DNA of 64,000 nt from an uncultured Actinomycetota bacterium (lineage in GTDB: Bacteria; Actinomycetota; Actinomycetes; Propionibacteriales; Nocardioidaceae): assembly GCA_963831375.1 (NCBI GenBank), contig CAWHPY010000026.1:362627-426626 (forward strand). Direction: 5' to 3'. The notes beneath the pieces are model-generated. The model made no database searches. It saw nothing but the letters and a program-made list of their open reading frames with translations, and was not told the origin of the DNA. The position numbers were made by a program, and so were the translations under genes. Numbering within the stretch: the first letter of the stretch is position 1; each line of letters begins with the position of its first letter. Positions 28,012 to 39,248 of the stretch are shown in pieces.

Positions 28012-29010
28012 GCAAGGTCGCTGTCTTCGGTGCCGGCTCGTGGGGTACGGCGTTCTCCATCGTGCTGGCCGACGCGGGGAACGACGTCACGATCTGGGGC
28101 CGCCGGGAGGACGTGTGCGCCACGATCAACGAGCGTCGTGAGAACACGGACTACCTCCCCGGCATCGAGCTGCCCGAGTCGATCGCGGCAACGCACGACC
28201 CGGAGCAGGCGCTCGACGGGGCCGAGTTCGTCGTACTCGCGGTGCCGTCGCAGACGCTGCGCAAGAACCTCACCGACTGGGCAGACTTCGTGCCGCGCGA
28301 CTCGGTGATGGTCTCCCTGATGAAGGGCGTCGAGCTCGAGACCCTGAAGCCGGATGAGCGAGGTGATCGCCGAGGTCACCGGCGCCGGGCCGGAGCGGAT
28401 CGGCGTGGTCAGCGGCCCCAACCTGTCCAAGGAGATCGCCCGTCGTGAACCAGCCGCCAGCGTGGTCGCCTGCGCCGACGAGCAGGTCGCGATGCGGCTG
28501 CGCGACCTGTGTCACTCGGCGGCCTTCCGGCCCTACTCGAGCACCGACGTGGTCGGCTGTGAGCTCGGTGGCGCCTACAAGAACGTGATCGCGCTGAGCG
28601 TCGGGATGGCGGTCGGTCTGGGCTTCGGCGACAACACCACAGCGTCGGTGATCACCCGGGGGCTCGCCGAGACGGCTCGTCTGGCGATGGCGCTCGGGGC
28701 GGACCCGATGACGCTGATGGGACTGGCCGGGCTCGGTGACCTGGTGGCCACGTGCTCCTCACCGCTGTCCCGAAACCGCACCTTCGGCGAGAAGCTGGGC
28801 CAGGGAATGACCACCGAGGAGATCACCGCGTCGACCCGTCAGGTCGCGGAGGGCGTGAAGTCCTGCGCGTCGTTGCTCGACCTGGCCAACCGCGCCGAGG
28901 TGTACGCACCGATCGTGAACCACGTGCACGACGTCGTCGAGGGCAAGATGACCGCGGCCGACATGCTCACCAGCCTGATCTCCCGCGACACCAAGCACGA
29001 GCGCGACTAG
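28008..29010 (+). CDS. gpsA: NAD(P)H-dependent glycerol-3-phosphate dehydrogenase, frameshifted in this sequence
   Basis: [24 protein letters not shown]; extra C at 28350-28351; [38 protein letters not shown]. Confidence 0.93.
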
Positions 29011-30114
29011 GCCGGACGCTCACCGGTCAGCTGGTCCAGGGCGGTAGCGAGGTCGTCCCACAGGTCGTTGACGTCCTCGATGCCCACCGACATCCGGACC
29101 AGCCCGTCGGGGATGGTGGCCGGCTCGACCTTCCACCGCCGTCGCCGTTCGAACGTCGACTCGACACCGCCGAGGCTGGTGGCGTGCACCCACAGCTGCG
29201 TCTTGTGGGTCAGCAGGTCGGCGGCCAGCGCCCCCTGCGCCATGACGATCGAGATGATCGCGCCGAACCCCGGGTAGCGCACCTCGCGGATCGCGGCGTG
29301 CTCCGAGAGTCGGGTCACGAGCTCCTGCGCATTGGACTGCGCCCGCTCCATGCGAACGTGCAGGGTCCGCATCCCGCGCAGCGCCAGCCAGGTCTCGAAC
29401 GGTCCGGGCACGGCCCCGATCATGTCCCGTCGCTTCTTGAGTACGTCGAACAGCTCGTCGTCCTTGGTGACCAGGGCACCGAGGAGCACGTCGCTGTGGC
29501 CGGCGATGAACTTGGTGGCCGAGTGGAGCACGATGTCGACGTCCATCGACAGGGGCTGCTGCAGCAGGGGAGTGGCGAAGGTGTTGTCGACCACGACGTA
29601 CGCCCCCGCCTCGTGCGCGGCCTTGACGATCGGCGGGATGTCGGCGATCTCCAGGGCCGGGTTTGTCGGCGACTCCAACCACACCAGCGACGCGTCCGCG
29701 CACTCGGCGACGACCGCGTCGGTGTCGGCGATGTCAACCAGGGAGGCGGTGATCCGGCCACGCGACTCGAGGTCGGCCAGCTGCATCACGCTGCCGTTGT
29801 AGGCGTGCCGCGGCGCGACCACCTTGGTGCCCTGCCCGACGAGGTCGAGGATCGTGGCGACCGCGGCCAGCCCGGACGCGAACGCGAGGGCCCGGCCGCC
29901 TTCGAGGTCACCGAGGGCCTCCTCGAACGCCGTCCAGGTGGGGTTGCCGTAGCGGCCGTACTCGACGTCGCCGCCGGCCACGTAGGTCGAGGCCATCGTG
30001 ATCGGCGGGTTCAGCGGGTTGTCCGGCTCGTGCGGCGGCCGGCCCGCGGTGACGGCCACGGTTGCGGGCCGGAAGCTGCTGGGACCTGGGGAGCCTCGGG
30101 GACGCCGAAGACAT
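29007..30114 (-). CDS. metB: Cys/Met metabolism PLP enzyme (cystathionine gamma-synthase/lyase family)
   Basis: YGRYGNPT, FASGLAA, LESPTNP, VVDNTFATP, HSATKFIAGHSD, ATSLGGVES, RMSVGIED. Likely ATG at 30114 (TAGTGT 7 nt upstream) needs removal of one base from the G4 run at 30098-30101; otherwise GTG at 30125. Exact enzyme within the family is uncertain. Confidence 0.8.
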
Positions 30115-30176
30115 GGGCCCCACACTAGGACGCGCTACCGCGGCGCCCGCAGACGGGCGGGTAGGGTCTGGTCACC

Positions 30177-31354
<1,178 letters not shown>

Positions 31355-31425
31355 CCCCAACCCCGCCGAGCTGTCAGGCTGCTGCGCGGCTCTGACCGGG
31401 TGAGGGCCCGACAACTCGGGGCGCG

Positions 31426-31926
31426 TTACACGCAGGGCTTGACCTCACGGATCGTCCGCTTGATGGGGCCGGCCAGGTCCACCATCGCCGCGGCGGGCGG
31501 CCGGTACCGATCGGGCACCTGCACCTCGACGTTCAGGGTGCGTCCTACGGTGGTCATCACCACGTCGGCGCCCTGGTCCTCGATCTGCGACTCCGGCACG
31601 AACCAGGCGACGTCGTTGGCCACCTGGCAGGTCGCGAACTTGTCGAACCCGTCAGGCACGGGTACCCCGCAGCGCAGCACGATCGCCGGGTCACCCCAGG
31701 CCGCGCCGTACGCGTCCTCCGGCTCCACCGGCCGCCGAAGCTCGTCGGAGACCGCGTTGGGAAGCGCGTCCACGAGCTTTCGGCAGGTCCGTGCGTCGGC
31801 GTCGCTGAGCTCGGGGGAGTCGACCTCGACCTTCCCGGAGCCGCATCCGGTGGCCAGTGCGGCGAGCAGGCCCAGACATGCGACAGCGCCCACGGTCCGG
31901 GTCGGATCGGGGCGCTGTCGAAGCAT
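31426..31926 (-). CDS. DUF3515-family lipoprotein
   Basis: Lipobox LATGC; C..L..ALP, AAWGDPAIVLRCGV, VNDVAWF-like segment. Confidence 0.85.
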   Translation of the reverse strand: MLRQRPDPTRTVGAVACLGLLAALATGCGSGKVEVDSPELSDADARTCRKLVDALPNAVSDELRRPVEPEDAYGAAWGDPAIVLRCGVPVPDGFDKFATCQVANDVAWFVPESQIEDQGADVVMTTVGRTLNVEVQVPDRYRPPAAAMVDLAGPIKRTIREVKPCV

Positions 31927-31949
31927 ATGAGGGGTCGCGGCGGACCCGT

Positions 31950-32186
31950 TCAGATGTGTACGACGGGACAGGTCAACGTCCTGGTGATGCCGGTGATGTT
32001 CTGGACCCGGGCCACCACGAGCTTGCCGAGCTCGTCGACGTTGCGCGCCTCGGCGCGGACGATCACGTCGTACGGGCCGGTGACGTCCTCCGCCATCGTG
32101 ACGCCCTTGACCTCGGCGATCTCGGCGGCCACCTCGGCTGCCTTGCCGACGTCGGTCTGGATCAAGATGTAGGCCTGTACCACCAT
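31950..32186 (-). CDS. Stand-alone Lrp/AsnC ligand-binding-domain protein
   Basis: MVVQAYILIQTDVGKAAEVA...VTGPYDVIVRAE...ITRTLTCPVV; no HTH. Confidence 0.9.
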   Translation of the reverse strand: MVVQAYILIQTDVGKAAEVAAEIAEVKGVTMAEDVTGPYDVIVRAEARNVDELGKLVVARVQNITGITRTLTCPVVHI

Positions 32187-32303
32187 GTGAACTCCTGCGG
32201 TCTCGTAGGGACACCCGTCCTTCGGTGCGTAGATCCTGGCTCAACCTACCGTGTCGCACACCCCTCCCGGAACACGGTCCCGGCATCGGGTTCAATGTGC
32301 ACC

Positions 32304-33279
32304 ATGACTGCTGTGCCTTCCCCCGGCCACCCTCCCGCGAATGCGACCCTGGCCGACCTCGGCGAGTTCGGCCTGGTCGATGCCCTCAAGGGCCGGTTCC
32401 CGCAGGGCGAGCACGTCCTGCTGGGCCCGGGCGATGACGCCGCGGTGGTCGCCGTACCCGATGGCCGGGTGCTGGTCTCGACCGACCTGCTCGTCGACAC
32501 CCGGCACTTCCGGCGCGACTGGGCCTCGGCGACCGACATCGGCCACAAGGCGGCCGCACAGAACCTGTCCGACATCAACGCGATGGGCGGCCGCGCCACT
32601 GCGCTCACCGTGGGCCTGGCCGCGCCCCCTGACCTGCCCGTGTCCTGGGCCCTCGAGCTCGCGGACGGCATCGCGGAGGAGGCGGCCCTCGTGGACGCGT
32701 CGGTGGTGGGGGGTGACGTCACCCGCGCCGACGCGGTGATGATCGCGATCACCGTGCTCGGGCCGGTGCGACGGGGAGCCGGTACGACGGACGGGTGCTC
32801 GTCCCGGGGACCTGGTGGCGCTCGCCGGACGACAGGGGTGGGCGGCGGCCGGCCTCGCCGTACTCGCTCGGGGCTTTCGCTCGCCGCGGGCACTCGTCGA
32901 GGCGCACCGCCGGCCGGAGCCGCCCTACGCGGCGGGAGCTCAGGCGGCCGGTCTGGGGGCGACCGCGATGATCGACCTCTCCGACGGCCTGCTCGGCGAC
33001 GTCGCGCACATCGCGGAGGACTCCGGGGTGGCGATCGACATCCACACCGGGAGCTTCGAGGTGGCCGAGCCGCTGCGCGCGGTGGGCGCCGCGCTCGGGG
33101 CGGACCCGATGCAGTTCATCCTGACCGGGGGAGACGACCACGCCCTCGTGGCGACGTTCCCGGCCGGCACGTCGCTGCCGGACGAGTGGCGGCAGATCGG
33201 CGAGGTCGGTGAGGGGGCGGGTGTCACCGTCGACGGCGCGGAGTACGACGGCCCCGCCGGCCACCAGCACTTCCGTTGA
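32304..33279 (+). CDS. thiL: Thiamine-monophosphate kinase, frameshifted in this sequence
   Basis: LGEFGLV, GPGDDAAV, STDLLV, NLSDINAMG, VVGGD; extra C at 32763-32764; AMIDLSDGL, GGDDHAL. Confidence 0.93.
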
Positions 33280-33339
33280 GTCGCGCCTCATTTCCGGTTC
33301 AGATCCGTGAGATTCGTGCTGAGTCGCGCGGGGTTCGGA
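33275..33339. repeat. Three degenerate 21-22-bp repeats (left arm)
   Basis: GTTGAGTCGCGCCTCATTTCCG / GTTCAGATCCGTGAGATTCGT / GCTGAGTCGCGCGGGGTTCGGA; first unit contains the thiL stop codon. Confidence 0.75.
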
Positions 33340-33346
33340 GACGCGG

Positions 33347-33601
33347 TCAGTAACGCGGTGTCAGCCGGCGGTGCGGCTGACAGGCCATCACCAGGGCGAC
33401 GACCCAGCCGACCACGGTCCAGCCGAGCAGGAAGGTGAGCCACCCGATGAACGCGGAGTTGGACTTACCCCGCGTCGCGGCGATCGCCCACGGAAGCATG
33501 TAGCCGCCGGTCACGACGGTGAGGATCCACCCCACGACGGCCTGACCCGTCTTAGGCGACTGGTCGGTGAGGACATATACGGGAAGCGGCTGCTGGGACA
33601 T
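33347..33601 (-). CDS. Superinfection immunity protein family (T4 Imm-like) small membrane protein
   Basis: YMLPWAIAATRGKSN...LLGWTVVGWVVALVMA matches the Y.LP.IIA..R...N...LLGWT..GW..AL family pattern; TAGGAT -10 six nt before ATG. Confidence 0.85.
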   Translation of the reverse strand: MSQQPLPVYVLTDQSPKTGQAVVGWILTVVTGGYMLPWAIAATRGKSNSAFIGWLTFLLGWTVVGWVVALVMACQPHRRLTPRY

Positions 33602-33666
33602 GTCCCGATCCTAGGCCGATCCGGCGTACGACGGGCGGGCCGCGGCGACTCCCGCTCGGCCTGCGG

Positions 33667-33732
33667 CGGAAATCTCGCGCGTTTCAACAGAGAAAGAGGC
33701 GGGTCTCAACACTAATGAGGCGCGATCTCAAC
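33667..33732. repeat. Three degenerate 22-bp repeats (right arm)
   Basis: CGGAAATCTCGCGCGTTTCAAC / AGAGAAAGAGGCGGGTCTCAAC / ACTAATGAGGCGCGATCTCAAC. Confidence 0.85.
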
Positions 33733-33742
33733 GGGAAGCAGA

Positions 33743-33766
33743 AGGGCCGCCCCGAAGGACGGCCCT
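33743..33766 (-). terminator. Hairpin downstream of rpmB
   Basis: Minus strand AGGGCCGTCC-TTCG-GGGCGGCCCT followed by TCTGCTT. Confidence 0.7.
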
Positions 33767-33797
33767 GTGCTGATCATGCTGTGCGGATGACGCTGGG

Positions 33798-33983
33798 TCA
33801 GCGGGTGACCTTGCCGGCCTTCAGGCAGCCGGTGCAGACGTTCACGCGCTTCGGGGCGCCGTTGACCGTCGCGCGCACGCGCTGGATGTTCGGGTTGAAG
33901 CGACGCTTCGTAATCTTGCGCGACCACGGTCGGTTGTTGCCGAAGCCCGGCCCCTTGGCGCAGATGTCACAGACGGCAGCCAC
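33798..33983 (-). CDS. rpmB: 50S ribosomal protein L28 (zinc-binding type)
   Basis: MAAVCDICAKGPGFGNN...TKRRFNPNIQRV...VCTGCLKAGKV. Confidence 0.97.
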   Translation of the reverse strand: MAAVCDICAKGPGFGNNRPWSRKITKRRFNPNIQRVRATVNGAPKRVNVCTGCLKAGKVTR

Positions 33984-34155
33984 CGTGAACTCCTGGAAAG
34001 CTAGATTGGTTTCGATCTGGGGTGCCCGAGTCAGCCCGGGCAACCGCACAAGAGTATCTGATGGGGCTGGGTCCACGCGAATCGAGCGTCACGCACTAAC
34101 CTGACATCTCCGTTGGACGTGACTGGCACCACCTCGAGGAGGGTCGACCGCGCAG

Positions 34156-35801
34156 ATGCCTGACGACGCCGTGGCCACCTTCGACCTGCCGACCATCCTA
34201 CGGTTCTCCGAGATCGCGCTCGCCTCGCTCGGTGCGGCCCGTGAGGAGATCGACGCACTCAACGTGTACCCGGTGCCCGACGGCGACACCGGCACCAACC
34301 TGTTCCTCACCTTCGAGTCCGCGCGCAACGCGATGCTCGAGACCCTCGACGACGAAGGGCGTGGTGATCTGCGGGTCGCGCTGACCGCGTTCGCCCGCGG
34401 CGCCCTGCTCGGCGCGCGCGGGAACTCTGGTGTGATCTTCTCCCAGCTCGTCGGTGCGCTCGCCAAGCGGGTCGGCGAGGCCGGGCCGGGCGACCGCGCG
34501 GCCGCGGTGTTCGCGGACGGGATGGCCCTGGCGACCGCAGCCAGCTACGCCGCGGTCGGCGAGCCCGTGGAGGGCACCATCCTGTCGGTGGCGAAAGCCG
34601 CCTCGGAGGCCGCGCAACGGACCGCTGCGCGTGACACCGCCCGGGTCGGGCATGTCATCCGGGCGGCGGCCACCGCGGCCCGTGAGGCGCTGGCGCGTAC
34701 GCCTGACCAGCTGCAGGTGCTCAAGGACGCCGGGGTCGTCGACGCCGGAGGCCGTGGGCTGTGCGTGATCCTCGACGCCGCAGAGACCGCGGTCACCGGC
34801 AAGCGGCCGGTGGGCAGCCAGGCCCCGTTCGGCACCCGCGCCATCCCGGTGCCGCTGCCCTCGGGCGACCTCACCGAGGACGGCCCGGCGTACGAGGTGA
34901 TGTACCTCCTCGACGCGGACGACGACCGGATCCACGCCCTGCGCAGGAGGCTCGCACCGCTCGGCGACTCGCTCGTGGTCGTCGGCGGGGACGGGCTCTG
35001 GAACGTGCACGTCCACGTCGACGACGTGGGTGCGGCGGTCGAAGCCGGCATCGAGAGCGGCCGGCCCTACCGGATCCGGGTCACCCACTTCGCGGAGCAG
35101 ATCGACCGGCGTGCGGTCCGGTCGGCCTCCGAGCGCAGCGGTCGCAAGGTCGTGGTCGTCGCGGCGGGAGACGGGTTGAAGGAGCTGTTCGCGGAGGCGG
35201 GCGCGTCCGTCGTACCCGCCGGCCCGGGACGCCGCCCCTCGACCGGGCAGATCCTCGAGGCGATCACCACCGCGTCCGCGGCTGAGGTCATCGTGCTGCC
35301 CAACGACCGCGACTCGGTCGCGGTCGCCGAGGCGGCTGCCCGGACCGCGCGCGAGACCGGCGAGATCCGGGTCTCCGTGATCCCGACCAACGCGCAGGTG
35401 CAGGGACTGGCCGCCCTTGCCGTGCACGAACCCGGCCGCAGCTTCGACAGGACGATCTGATGCAGATGACCGCCGCGGCCCGGCACGCACGCTCAGGCGC
35501 GGTCACGATCGCGGCCCGGCAGGCGATGACCACCGGCGGCCCGTGCGAGCCCGGCGACGTGCTGGGTGCCATCGAGGGCGACTTCGTTCTTGTCGGTGCG
35601 GATCTGTTTACTGTGGCCAGAGGTGTCCTCGAACGGTTGCTGGGTGGTGGTGGTGAGCTGGTCACGGTGGTGTCGGGGGCCGAGTCGGGTGACCTCGCGG
35701 ACCGCTGCGTGGCGTACCTCTCCGCCGAGCACCCGACCGTTGACGTGGTCGTCTACGACGGCGGGCAGGAGCGTTACCCGCTGCTCGTCGCGGTCGAGTA
35801 G
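34156..35801 (+). CDS. DAK2/DegV fatty acid kinase-like protein, split by an apparent frameshift
   Basis: LNVYPVPDGDTGTN, GARGNSGVI, EGTILSV, VVDAGG, VHVHVDD, LPND. C-terminal part resumes in another frame near 35447-35460 and ends YDGGQERYPLLVAVE. Confidence 0.9.
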
Positions 35802-35811
35802 GCGCTGAGCC

Positions 35812-38061
35812 ATGCCAACGATCACCTGGGACTCCAAGCTCGCCACCGTCGCCGCGAACAAGGCCGCGAAGATCGAGAAGGCGTTCGGGTTCCGCACGGT
35901 CGGCGACCTGCTGCGCCACTACCCGCGTCGGTACGTCGAGAAGGGGAAGCTCAGCGACCCGGGCGGCTTCGCGCTCGACGAGCACGTCACGTTCATCGCA
36001 CGGGTGGTCTCCTCGAAGCAGATCCCCTACCAGGACAAGCGTCGCGGCGGCATCTCCTACCGGCTCGAGGTGCTGCTCGAGACCACCGCCGACGAGCTGA
36101 CGCTTACCTTCTTCGACACGAAGAAACACATTGCGGACTGGCGGTCGCGCAGCATCGTCGCCGGCACCACCGGGCTGTTCTCCGGGAAGCTCGGCCGGTT
36201 CCGCAACCGGTGGCAGCTGACCAACCCGCAGACCAAGATCTACTCCAACGAGAAGATGGAGAGCGGCGTCGACCAGGCCTACGCGGCGTGGGACAGCCTG
36301 CCGAACCTGCTCACCATCTACCCGGCGACCTCGACCGTGCAGACCTGGCAGATCCAGGACGCCATCGAGTTCGCCCTGGACCTGCTCGACGAGGTGCCTG
36401 ACCCGATCCCTCCCGAGGTCCGGCTCCAGCACGGGCTGCTCAGCGCCCGCCAGGCGCTCGAGTGGATCCACCGGCCCGGTTCGTGGCAGGAGAAGGGCGC
36501 CGCGGAGAAGCGGCTGCGGTTCGAGGAGGCGTTCGTCACCCAGACCGTGCTCGCCCGCCGACGCGCGGCGCTCGCGGCGCTCGACGCGCAGCCACGCACC
36601 GGTACGACGGGCGGGCTCCTGGACCGGTTCGACGAGCGGCTGCCCTTCGCCCTCACCGAGGGACAGGTCGAGGTCAGCGGCCAGATCCTCGGCGACCTCG
36701 CCGCCGGGCACCCGATGCACCGGCTGCTGCAGGGCGAGGTCGGTTCGGGCAAGACCGTGGTGGCGCTGCGGGCGATGCTGCAGGTCATCGACTCGGGCGG
36801 TCAGGCTGCCCTGCTCGCGCCCACCGAGGTGCTCGCCCAGCAGCACCACCGCTCGATCACCGCGATGCTCGGCGAGCTCGCCGCAGGGGGGATGCTCGGC
36901 GGCGCCGACGACGGCACCCAGGTCGCCCTGCTCACCGGCTCCCTCGGTGCCGCCGCCCGCAAGTCCGCGCTGCTCGATGCCGCCTCCGGGACGGCGGGGA
37001 TCGTGGTCGGCACCCATGCCCTGCTCGAGGAGAAGGTGCAGTTCGCCGACCTGGGGCTTGTGGTCGTCGACGAGCAGCACCGGTTCGGCGTGGAGCAGCG
37101 CGCCGCCCTCACCGCCAAGTCCGGGGAGGTGCCGCCGCATGTCCTGGTGATGACCGCGACCCCGATCCCGCGCACCGTCGCGATGACCGTGTTCGGTGAC
37201 CTGGAGACCTCCACCCTCACCGAGCTGCCGGCCGGCCGGGCACCGATCCAGAGCAGCGTGGTGCCGATGCTCGACCGGCCCGACTGGCTGGAGCGGGCGT
37301 GGAACCGGGTCCGGGAGGAGGCCGAGAAGGGGCACCAGACCTACATCGTCTGCCCGCGGATCGGTGGCCAGACGAAGAGCAGCCGGCTCGACAACGAGGA
37401 AGCCGACGGCGACCCGGACGCGCAGGAGCAGGGGGCGAGGAACGGGAGCGACCTCGCCGCCGTGGAGGAGATCGGGCCCACCCTGGCCGCAGGGCCGCTG
37501 CACGGGCTCCGCGTCGAGGCGCTGCACGGCCGGATGCCGCCTGAGCGCAAGGACGAGGTGATGCGCGCCTTCGCGGCCGGCGAGATCGACGTCCTGGTGT
37601 CCACCACCGTCATCGAGGTCGGCGTCGACGTCGCCAACGCAACCGTGATGGTGGTCCTCGACGCAGAACGCTTCGGCGTCTCCCAGCTGCACCAGCTGCG
37701 CGGCCGGGTGGGGCGTGGCGGTCTGCCCGGCCTGTGCCTGCTGGTCACCCGCTCCGATGCGGACTCGGTCGCCAGGGCGCGGCTGGTGGCGGTCGCCGCG
37801 ACCTCCGACGGCTTCGAGCTGTCCCGGGTCGACCTCGAGCAGCGCCGCGAGGGTGACGTGCTCGGCTCGGCGCAGTCCGGGCGGCGCTCCGGCCTCAAGC
37901 TGCTGTCGGTGATCAAGCACGAGGACGTGATCGCCGAGGCCCGCGAGGCCGCCACCGCGTTCATCGCCAAGGATCCCGACCTGTCCTCGCAGCCCGACCT
38001 CGCCACGGCGGTCCGGAGGCTCGACGAGTCCGAGCAGGGCGACTACCTGGAAAAGGCATGA
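35812..38061 (+). CDS. recG: ATP-dependent DNA helicase RecG
   Basis: LRHYPRRY, RLLQGEVGSGKT, GTHAL, DEQHRFGVEQR, MTATPIPRT, LHQLRGRVGRG. Confidence 0.97.
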   Translation: MPTITWDSKLATVAANKAAKIEKAFGFRTVGDLLRHYPRRYVEKGKLSDPGGFALDEHVTFIARVVSSKQIPYQDKRRGGISYRLEVLLETTADELTLTFFDTKKHIADWRSRSIVAGTTGLFSGKLGRFRNRWQLTNPQTKIYSNEKMESGVDQAYAAWDSLPNLLTIYPATSTVQTWQIQDAIEFALDLLDEVPDPIPPEVRLQHGLLSARQALEWIHRPGSWQEKGAAEKRLRFEEAFVTQTVLARRRAALAALDAQPRTGTTGGLLDRFDERLPFALTEGQVEVSGQILGDLAAGHPMHRLLQGEVGSGKTVVALRAMLQVIDSGGQAALLAPTEVLAQQHHRSITAMLGELAAGGMLGGADDGTQVALLTGSLGAAARKSALLDAASGTAGIVVGTHALLEEKVQFADLGLVVVDEQHRFGVEQRAALTAKSGEVPPHVLVMTATPIPRTVAMTVFGDLETSTLTELPAGRAPIQSSVVPMLDRPDWLERAWNRVREEAEKGHQTYIVCPRIGGQTKSSRLDNEEADGDPDAQEQGARNGSDLAAVEEIGPTLAAGPLHGLRVEALHGRMPPERKDEVMRAFAAGEIDVLVSTTVIEVGVDVANATVMVVLDAERFGVSQLHQLRGRVGRGGLPGLCLLVTRSDADSVARARLVAVAATSDGFELSRVDLEQRREGDVLGSAQSGRRSGLKLLSVIKHEDVIAEAREAATAFIAKDPDLSSQPDLATAVRRLDESEQGDYLEKA

Positions 38062-38642
38062 CGCGGATCATCGGCGGCTCGGCCGGCGGTCGCCGGCTCC
38101 GGACCCCGACCGGCGCGAACACCCGGCCGACCTCCGACCGGGTCCGCGAGGCCATGTTCTCCACGATCGACGCGGGTCTCGGCTCGATCACCGGACTGCG
38201 TTTCCTCGACCTGTACGCCGGGTCGGGTGCGGTGGGCCTCGAGGCGAGGTCGCGCGGAGCGGGTGTCGTCACCCTCGTCGAGCACGACCGGCGCACCGCG
38301 TCGCTGATCCGGCAGAACGTGAAGGCGATCGGCTTCTCCAACGTCGAGGTGGTCGCCTCCACCGTCGGCCGGGTCCTGGTACACCCACCACGTGCGCCGT
38401 ACGACATCGTCTTCCTGGACCCGCCGTACGCCGTGCCGACGTCCGACGTACTCGAAGCGCTGAACGTCCTACGCGCCAACGGCTGGCTCGCCGACGAGGC
38501 GCTCGTGGTGGTGGAACGGTCCACCCGCGACGGTCGGCTCACCTGGCCGGACGGGTTCGCGGCGGACCGCTCCAAGAAGTACGGCGAGACGACGCTTTGG
38601 TACGGTCACGCAGCAAGCCCGTCGCACGACGACGCCGTCTGA
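38058..38642 (+). CDS. rsmD: 16S rRNA m2G966 methyltransferase
   Basis: MTRIIGG, TRPTSDRVREAMF, LDLYAGSGAVG.EA.SRG, DPPY. Confidence 0.95.
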   Translation: MTRIIGGSAGGRRLRTPTGANTRPTSDRVREAMFSTIDAGLGSITGLRFLDLYAGSGAVGLEARSRGAGVVTLVEHDRRTASLIRQNVKAIGFSNVEVVASTVGRVLVHPPRAPYDIVFLDPPYAVPTSDVLEALNVLRANGWLADEALVVVERSTRDGRLTWPDGFAADRSKKYGETTLWYGHAASPSHDDAV

Positions 38643-38658
38643 ACGCCCAGGAGCAAGA

Positions 38659-39150
38659 GTGCGCAGAGCCGTCTGTCCCGGATCCTTCGACCCGGTCACC
38701 AATGGTCATATCGACATCATCAGCCGTGCGTCGATGCTGTTCGACGAGGTCGTGGTGGCCGTGGGGGTCAACAAGTCGAAGCGGCGGCTGTTCTCCGCCG
38801 ACGAGCGGATCGAGATGCTCACCGAGGCCTGCTCCGGCTACCAGAACGTGCGGATCGACTCCTTCGACGGGCTCCTCACCGACTTCTGCAAGCAGCACGA
38901 CGTGCACGCGATCGTCAAGGGTCTGCGGGCGGTCAGCGACTTCGACTACGAGCTGCAGATGGCCCAGATGAACTCCAGCCTTGCCGGCATCGAGACGGTG
39001 TTCGTGCCGACCAGCCCGGAGTACTCCTTCCTCGCGTCCAGTCTGGTCAAGGAGGTGGCGACCTTCGGGGGAGACGTCTCCTCGCTGGTCCCGCCCCGCG
39101 TGCTGGAACGGCTCACCGCCCGGCTCCGGGAACAGCGCGACGACGTGTGA
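38659..39150 (+). CDS. coaD: Phosphopantetheine adenylyltransferase
   Basis: CPGSFDPVTNGH, IVKGLRAVSDFDYE, SSLVKE. Confidence 0.98.
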   Translation: MRRAVCPGSFDPVTNGHIDIISRASMLFDEVVVAVGVNKSKRRLFSADERIEMLTEACSGYQNVRIDSFDGLLTDFCKQHDVHAIVKGLRAVSDFDYELQMAQMNSSLAGIETVFVPTSPEYSFLASSLVKEVATFGGDVSSLVPPRVLERLTARLREQRDDV

Positions 39151-39178
39151 TGTTCGCCGGACTGGGCATATCGTCATA

Positions 39179-39230
39179 GGGGGAGTGCGTCGGCGTCCCT
39201 TGCTGCGCAGGTACCCCCGACGCAGCCCCC
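39179..39230 (+). other. Long GC-rich hairpin in the probable 5' UTR of the sepIVA-like gene
   Basis: GGGGG..TGCGTCGG pairs with CCGACGCA.CCCCC, just after a TATCGT hexamer (39169-39174). Confidence 0.5.
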
Positions 39231-39248
39231 ACCGTAGGAAAGGTCAAC

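Larger units (their letters stand above)
33275..33732. mobile_element. Putative non-autonomous element bounded by inverted arrays of 22-bp repeats, carrying one cargo gene
   Basis: Three left-arm units (33275-33339) and three right-arm units (33667-33732) face inward around the 33347-33601 ORF. Mobility is inferred, not shown. Confidence 0.6.

Noticed and set aside
27888-28448. ORF-track extensions suggesting a long plsC overlap or a plsC-gpsA fusion
   Set aside because: Explained by indels; gpsA begins at ATG 28008 with the normal [14 protein letters not shown]-terminus.
30115-30176. SAM riboswitch upstream of the metB-like gene
   Set aside because: Only about 60 nt shared with ddl, containing two -10-like hexamers; no room for an aptamer.
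32187-32303. TPP riboswitch upstream of thiL
   Set aside because: No CTGAGA or other TPP aptamer core motifs; region is short and shared with a divergent gene.
35460-35801. Separate small gene after DAK2
   Set aside because: It is the usual C-terminal part of the DAK2/DegV protein and joins with a one-base correction.
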